From: Podarcis muralis
Taxonomy: Eukaryota
Length of the DNA: 64,000 nt
NCBI RefSeq assembly: GCF_964188315.1
Contig: NC_135656.1
Span: 36,642,001 to 36,706,000, forward strand
Reading direction: 5' to 3'
The notes below the pieces were generated by a model. The model did no database searches. It saw nothing but the letters and a program-made list of their open reading frames with translations, and had not been told where the DNA came from. The stretch's first letter is position 1. Each line of letters starts with the position of its first letter. This document shows, in pieces, positions 58,760 through 64,000 of this stretch. Position numbers and translations under genes: made by a program.

Positions 58760-60323
58760 GTAAGTCTCTTCTCTCTCCCATCTTACCCTCATTCACCCTG
58801 GAATATCTTCTCTTCCCAGTGCTGTTTTTATAGAAAAAGAGGTACCAGAACTCACCATGAACATCTCCCTTGTTCTCCTCGCAATGGTGCCCACCTGAAA
58901 GGTGCCGGAACTGAAAATAAGTCCCATCTCTTCCCCTTTGCATAGTACACTAACAAGTGCCAGATAGCAACCCAGACACTTTGTATTTTAAAGCTGTTGG
59001 GCAAAACTGTAAAGTTCATGCTTTGTTTTGGTTTGCATCTCAACTGATGTTGAGTTTTGATATTGATGCAATTGGAAAGTGGCATTTTTGTGCCGTGAAT
59101 GCTGCAAAGATGGAGTTGGAAGAGTGCTGAGCTCTTCGTGAAAACACGATATTTGCTTGCAAAACTCACTTTTCAACTCCTAAATCTGAATATTACAGCC
59201 AGGTTTGGTTTCCTTGGAGGCTGGTTCTTTGCAGGAACTGTTTATTAAAAGAAACCTTGAGTTTGAATTGAATTTTGACATTTTAATTGCATATCAGAAC
59301 TACTTGAGGACCCCAAGAAAGAGCAACATCCCACCATACAAAAGTTGGCCTAGACACCCCTTATTAATTAAAGGCCCTTTTGCTCCTCAGGCCCATTAAG
59401 CCTCTCCCAAAATCTCAAGAATTGCTAGAGACCTTCATTCATGCTGAGAAAGTGAATCCTTTCATAGATGCCTCCCTGACATTTGTTCAGTGCCCTTTGC
59501 ACACAACACGGCAAACTAAAAATATTTGGACAGACCTTCTGGTTGCATTGTGTGTGGGAATGGCTTTCTGTAGTTGAAAAGGGGTTTCTAGACACCGTTG
59601 TTCTCTTGTCTCCCTCCTTCCCCCTTTATCCCTCTGTCTGTAAGCATACATTTGGAACACACAGGCACTGACATTTTAATAGAACATAAATCTGCCACCC
59701 AGCTCCATACATAGCTCTGGACAATTAAAATGGGCGCATTATCATTTCTGTCACGGCGGCCAGGCAGGCAATTTGAGTCCAAGTGACATTTTTATATGAT
59801 AAATTAGAGGCAGAGCTCAGATTCTACTTGCTAAGCTCCTTTAGCTCCTTAAAACCCAACCATTTTCAAGAAATTGCTGGTTCAGAATCACTAGTTCACA
59901 TCAGAGTTTATTAAAGAGATGCCGGGGAGTTTACTGAGGGGCTGGAGAGGGAAAGGCTATAGCATCGCCTACGGGTACATGGTTGACTTCTTTCACTAAG
60001 GTTTGTTTGAGAAGAGGCATATCTGCCACAGCCTTTGCCAACCAGATGCCCTCCAGAGGTTTAGGTCTACGATTCCCGTCAGCTCCAGCCAGCACAGTCT
60101 TGCCCCATGCAGGGATCCCACCGGGAGGCCAGCTCAGCGTCCATCTCACCTGCACTTCCACATGCAAAACATAACATCTAGAAATCTCATCACGGATCTT
60201 CTGCAAAACATATACCAGTTATTAGGCCCTTCCTGTATGCCTAACAAACGATAAAAGTGGGACTGCAAACATTAGAACCAGTGTTTGAAAAGACCTCTCT
60301 CTGTGTGTTTCTTTGCTTCCAAG

Positions 60324-60522
60324 GCTCAACATTGTTTGTGACAGCACAGAGTCAGAGATGAATCACCTCTACCCGGCTGTGGCTGAAAATGTCCAGGAGT
60401 GCTACCTCCAGAAGGAACCTCTCTTATTCAGCTGTGCAGGATGCAATACCAAGTACCAGCGCCTCTGCCCCTGCCGCAATTACCGCAAAGGACAAGTGGC
60501 ACTGTGTGGGGACTGCTTGTGA
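60324..60522 (+). CDS. MGAT5B: MGAT5B terminal coding exon L (199 nt incl. TGA): LNIVCDSTESEMNHLYPAVAENVQECYLQKEPLLFSCAGCNTKYQRLCPCRNYRKGQVALCGDCL*
   Basis: Acceptor ctttgcttccaag|G; conserved C-terminus RLCPCR..RKGQVALC..CL, followed by the stop. Confidence 0.97.
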
Positions 60523-61106
60523 TTCCACTGGCGCATGTGTGCTGTAACGTGCCACACATGCAGACAAATAACTTTCTTTTTTTCCATAAAAGGCTTCTGC
60601 AATACTCAAGAAGGTTCCAAATGGAATCATCTTCTTGGAGACTTTTTGGATGTCAGTGAGATTCCATTGGTTGTTTCGTCTCCCAGTCAAGGGCCAAGGA
60701 CCCGTTTCCAACCTTTCTTTACTTCTTAAAGCATATCTCCTCCTGCATCCAAGACCACTGGAGACTTCAAAGCGGCTTAGAAGGGCCGAATTGAAAATCC
60801 TTCTGAAGGACAACAAGGCAGCCTCTTTAGGATTTCATCTTCCTTAAACATCTTGATCTATTTATTTTTTATTGGGAAATTGAAATTAAAGCAGGAACAT
60901 CAACAAACAGCCCTTGAGGAATGTGTTCTGTTTCAAATGCTTTCTTCAGAAAGAGAATCTTTTCAGAGGGGAATGAAAAGAAAAGAGATGTTGAAAGGCT
61001 TGTAGAGGGATGCAGGCATAATATGGTGCTACTGAATGTTTTGCATTGCAAAACAGAAAGGCATCGTGGCTGCAAATAAGAGGTTATGGGGACTGTTGGA
61101 AAGTTG

Positions 61107-61112
61107 AATAAA
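61107..61112 (+). terminator. Candidate polyadenylation signal AATAAA for MGAT5B
   Basis: First AATAAA I found after the stop (~585 nt downstream), followed by CA and a TGT-rich tract. ATTAAA at 60885-60890 is an alternative. No transcript evidence. Confidence 0.3.
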
Positions 61113-61858
61113 ATAGGAACCTGGCGGATATGCAGCCTGTATTTGCATGTCTTGGTAAGCCATAAACCATGGCTTGCTGTGCATGAGCCAATCACATCTG
61201 CTTTGCTCCTTTGCACTATCACTGGGAAGAAACAATGATCTTTAGCTTTCCAAACATGGGGAGGGGGGCATTGGACCAAAAGAAATAATGATCCCTGGTT
61301 CAGACACAATGCTAAGCCAGAGACCACAGTTTGTTTCCTCTGTGCACTCACAAGGGGCAGTCAAAGAGTCCAGGTAGGAACATTACCATCTCCCCAAAGG
61401 GGAACTCCAAGGTACAGCCAGTTCCAGCAGGCTTGAAGTCAGTGCACATTACCTGATAGGCACCAACTTCAACCCCTGCTTTCATCAGGGTTGGTTGCCC
61501 TGTAGTATTCCTGATGGGGGGGCTACAGCCAATCCCAGCAGGCTTGCTGTCATTGCTGGTCACCTGATTGGCAGTGGCAGCAGGTCTTCCTTCTCATGGA
61601 ACAATTGCCTATACACTGTAAAGTTCCGGATTGTTTGTTGGTAGCCACATCTCTGCGTGTCCCTCACCTGATGTCACGAGTGATGTCAGCTGTGGGGCAG
61701 CTGTGGGTGGTTTTGGGAAACAGCCTCAAAGGCCAATTTGGAACCCATGCCAAGACTAATTAGGTCTGGATGCCAGATGTCCCTCACACCTCCATTAGCA
61801 ATTGTTTATTATCACATGTAAATTGGGCTGCTGACTTGCATATGCCACTACAAGCAAA

Positions 61859-62567
61859 TAGGAATGGAAGGAGCTGTCCATTTCAGTTTCTCTTACTTTC
61901 TCATTTTCCTAATCTTAAATTCAGTTCTCCACATTTCTGCATCAGTTTGTGTCTTTGTTTTTTAAAGTCCTCATGAAAATTCGCCAGTATTTGAATGCGA
62001 ATTTCTCCTAACACATTTTTGTATGCAGTTTTGACTACTGCACACATTTTTTGCAAGAAATATCCCCTAATATAATGCATTTTAAATGTTATTTTTACTA
62101 ATATCTTCATTTTTTACAGACACTTACCCCTAATATAGGGACACGGGTGGCACTGTGGGTTAAACCACAGAGCCTAGGACTTACTGATCAGAAGCTCAGC
62201 AGTTCAAATCCCCGTGATGGGGTGAGCTCCCGTTGCTCGGTCGCTGCTCCTGCCCACCTAGCAGTTCGAAAGCATGTCAAAGTGCAAGTAGATAAATAGG
62301 TACTGCTCCGGCGGGAAGGTAAACGACGTTTCCGTGCGCTGCTCTGGTTCACCAGAAGCGGCTTAGTCATGCTGGCCACATTACCCGGAAGCTGTACACC
62401 GGCTCCCTCGGCCAATAAAGCAAGATGAGCACCGCAACCCCAGAGGCAGTCACGACTGGACCTAATGGTCAGGGGTCCCTTTACCTTTACCCCTAATATA
62501 TACATTTTTGCATCGCAAAAATTCAGCTAAGTGCGAATTTTGAAGGATGGCTGTGCTTCACTTCTTG
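61859..62567 (-). mobile_element. TAGGG-terminus hAT family, inverted copy, interrupted by a Sauria SINE
   Basis: taggaatgg...cagtttctc...catgaaaattcgcc...aatttctcctaa..cccctaatata is the reverse complement of the 4298/40016 bodies. Confidence 0.7.
62138..62486 (+). mobile_element. Sauria (Squam1) SINE, full length, young
   Basis: gggacacgggtggcactgtgggttaaaccacagagcctagg...ggggtccctttacc; 14-bp TSD ttacccctaatata at 62124-62137 and 62487-62500. Confidence 0.95.
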
Positions 62568-63586
62568 CATCATCATCATCATCATCGAAATGGTGAACTT
62601 GATAGAGTGGTTGTCAAATTTCTCCTCTTTCCCTACCAGCAGCACACAGTGTTATGTGAGTAGTGTGTTCATGGTAAACCATATGGTGATCTGGGCCTCA
62701 AACCAAACCTTTCATCTGGTGGTGGTATGCTGTGACTGGGTGCTGAATTACATCCATATCTTACGCCTTATCATTGCAGCATGGTTACTCTGGGAGAGAA
62801 ATTTCTTGGGCTGGGGCAACAGCAAAGTTCTGCTATCAGCAGGTGCCTGGCCATGGATCCATCCAGGATGCTAAATATGCTCCTCTGCTGTGCTGCCCTG
62901 TCCCTACTCATGCCTGCTCTATTTCAGCCATTCCATGGGATATTTCCTGCAATGGAACAGCTCAGGTGGTGTAGAATGTTCTACTGGCATATATCCCTGT
63001 CATGATGGTGGTAGCATCTCTCACTTTCTGCTACCTAATCCTAAAGCCCTTCATCCATAACTCAAGTACAGGACTGAACCCTGTAAAAGTTCAAGTGCTT
63101 TAGTGTTTTATCATAGGGAAGAGATGCTCTTCAAACTCCTCGATCATCTTGCTTGTCCTTTTCTGTGTTGGTTCCTAGCATTACAGTAACCTTTAAAGAA
63201 TATCAATGAGGCAAATGATACATAATGTTCCAAATGTGGGCATGCCACAGATTTATAACAAGGGTTCACAACTTTGGGGGGCTTGGGGGCACATTTTGAA
63301 ATCTAAGCAATTTGTGGGCTCCACGAAATACCCATTTTACAGGAGGAAAACTGGTGATGCAAAGAACACATGCACACAGACAGACAAAACACTTACATCC
63401 CCCAAACAAACAAAAGACAAACAAAAGTAGCAGGCAACACCCCCACTAAAAGGCGCCATCTCCGCCAAATAACAAAAAAGTCCAAAAATTCAATCTTTAA
63501 GACAATTGGGATGGGCCTTGATGTGCTCTAGCAGTGGTATCTAAGGGTACTGTGGTGCCCCCACATGCCATGTTGTGGACTAAATA

Positions 63587-63781
63587 GGGACGCAGGTGGT
63601 CTAAACCACTGAGCCGCCTGGGCTTGCTGATCAGAAGGTCGGCAGTTCGAATCCAGGGTGAGCTCCCATTGCTCTGTCCCAGCTCCTGCCAACCTAGCAG
63701 TTCGAAAGCACACCAGTGCAAGTAGATAAATAGGTACCACTGTGGTGGGAAGGTAAACGGCATTTCCATGAGCTCTGGCTT
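63587..63781 (+). mobile_element. Sauria (Squam1) SINE, 3'-truncated
   Basis: gggacgcaggtggtctaaaccactgagcc...gcaagtagataaataggtaccac...gggaaggtaaacggc. Confidence 0.9.
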
Positions 63782-63938
63782 TGGAACCCAGCTATAAGGC
63801 ATCATGTTACAAAAGGTTTAACTTTCTATCATTTTCCCAATCATTCCCAGCATGAAATCCCCTCTTTTCCTGACACCGCATTCTGCCTTGGCTTTCTTCT
63901 TGAGCAATCCACGGTGACCCAAATATCTTTTTCATGCT

Positions 63939-64000
63939 TAAAGGTAAAGGTACCCCTGCCGGTACGGGCCAGTCGTGTCCGACTCTAGGGTTGTGCGCTC
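63939..64000 (-). mobile_element. Sauria (Squam1) SINE 3' end, antisense, running off the window
   Basis: taaaggtaaaggtacccctgccggtacgggccagtcgtgtccgactctagggttgtgcgctc; same subfamily as 553-830. Confidence 0.9.

Larger units (their letters stand above)
302..60522 (+). other. MGAT5B: MGAT5B gene body (5'-partial): alpha-1,6-mannosylglycoprotein 6-beta-N-acetylglucosaminyltransferase B (GnT-Vb/GnT-IX), GT18 family
   Basis: 13 exons with GT-AG introns and matching phases give 1872 nt of open frame. Paralog-diagnostic peptides include WMRARWTSDPCYAFFGVDGTECSFLIYLSEVEWFC, GFLTEESGDVFSPRVLKGGPLGEMVQWAD and EEYATLHGYRTNWGYWNLNPKQF. There is also a ~40-aa insert after DFC that MGAT5 lacks. Confidence 0.97.

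Noticed and set aside
60869-61351. 160-aa minus-strand ORF
   Set aside because: It is antisense to the MGAT5B 3' UTR, with no homology or coding-like pattern.
61380-61720. Degenerate direct repeats (tacagcca.t.ccagcaggcttg) and clustered CACCTG/CAGCTG E-boxes
   Set aside because: There are only two short, diverged units, and tcacctgatgtcacgagtgatgtc resembles the MITE-like fragment at ~54420. More likely repeat debris than an array or enhancer.
1-64000. CRISPR arrays, rRNA, prokaryotic operons, phage or defence systems, intronic snoRNA/miRNA genes
   Set aside because: This is eukaryotic intron-exon DNA. I saw no regularly spaced repeat-spacer pattern and no recognisable RNA gene, although a covariance-model search (Infernal/Rfam) would be needed to exclude small RNAs.

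Overview
This is vertebrate genomic DNA, most likely from a lacertid lizard, judged from its squamate repeats (Sauria/Squam1 SINE, Bov-B, Squam3-like SINE). It holds the 3' part of MGAT5B (GnT-Vb/GnT-IX, the brain-type beta-1,6-N-acetylglucosaminyltransferase) on the + strand. I traced 12 ordinary coding exons plus one 6-nt microexon (29283-29288, CTGCAG = Leu-Gln). All introns are GT-AG, and the exons join into one open frame of 1872 nt (623 aa plus stop), from WMRARW at 302 to CGDCL-TGA at 60522. The upstream exons (start codon, transmembrane segment, promoter) lie outside the window. The introns are dense with transposable elements: six Sauria SINE copies, young Bov-B, a second RTE family, L1, L2, CR1, Tc1/pogo-type MITEs, several hAT MITE families and two probable solo LTRs. 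Several are nested and several keep target-site duplications (TSDs). There is one 158-nt assembly gap. I found no CRISPR array, rRNA or true tRNA gene, and I cannot support a wholly new biological system. The best leads are splicing-level: the LQ microexon, whose 3' end doubles as an AG|GT recursive-type site, and a nearby second microexon-like acceptor. Several long inverted repeats would also make dsRNA in this probably neural pre-mRNA. Family names and orthologue comparisons come from memory, not from database searches.
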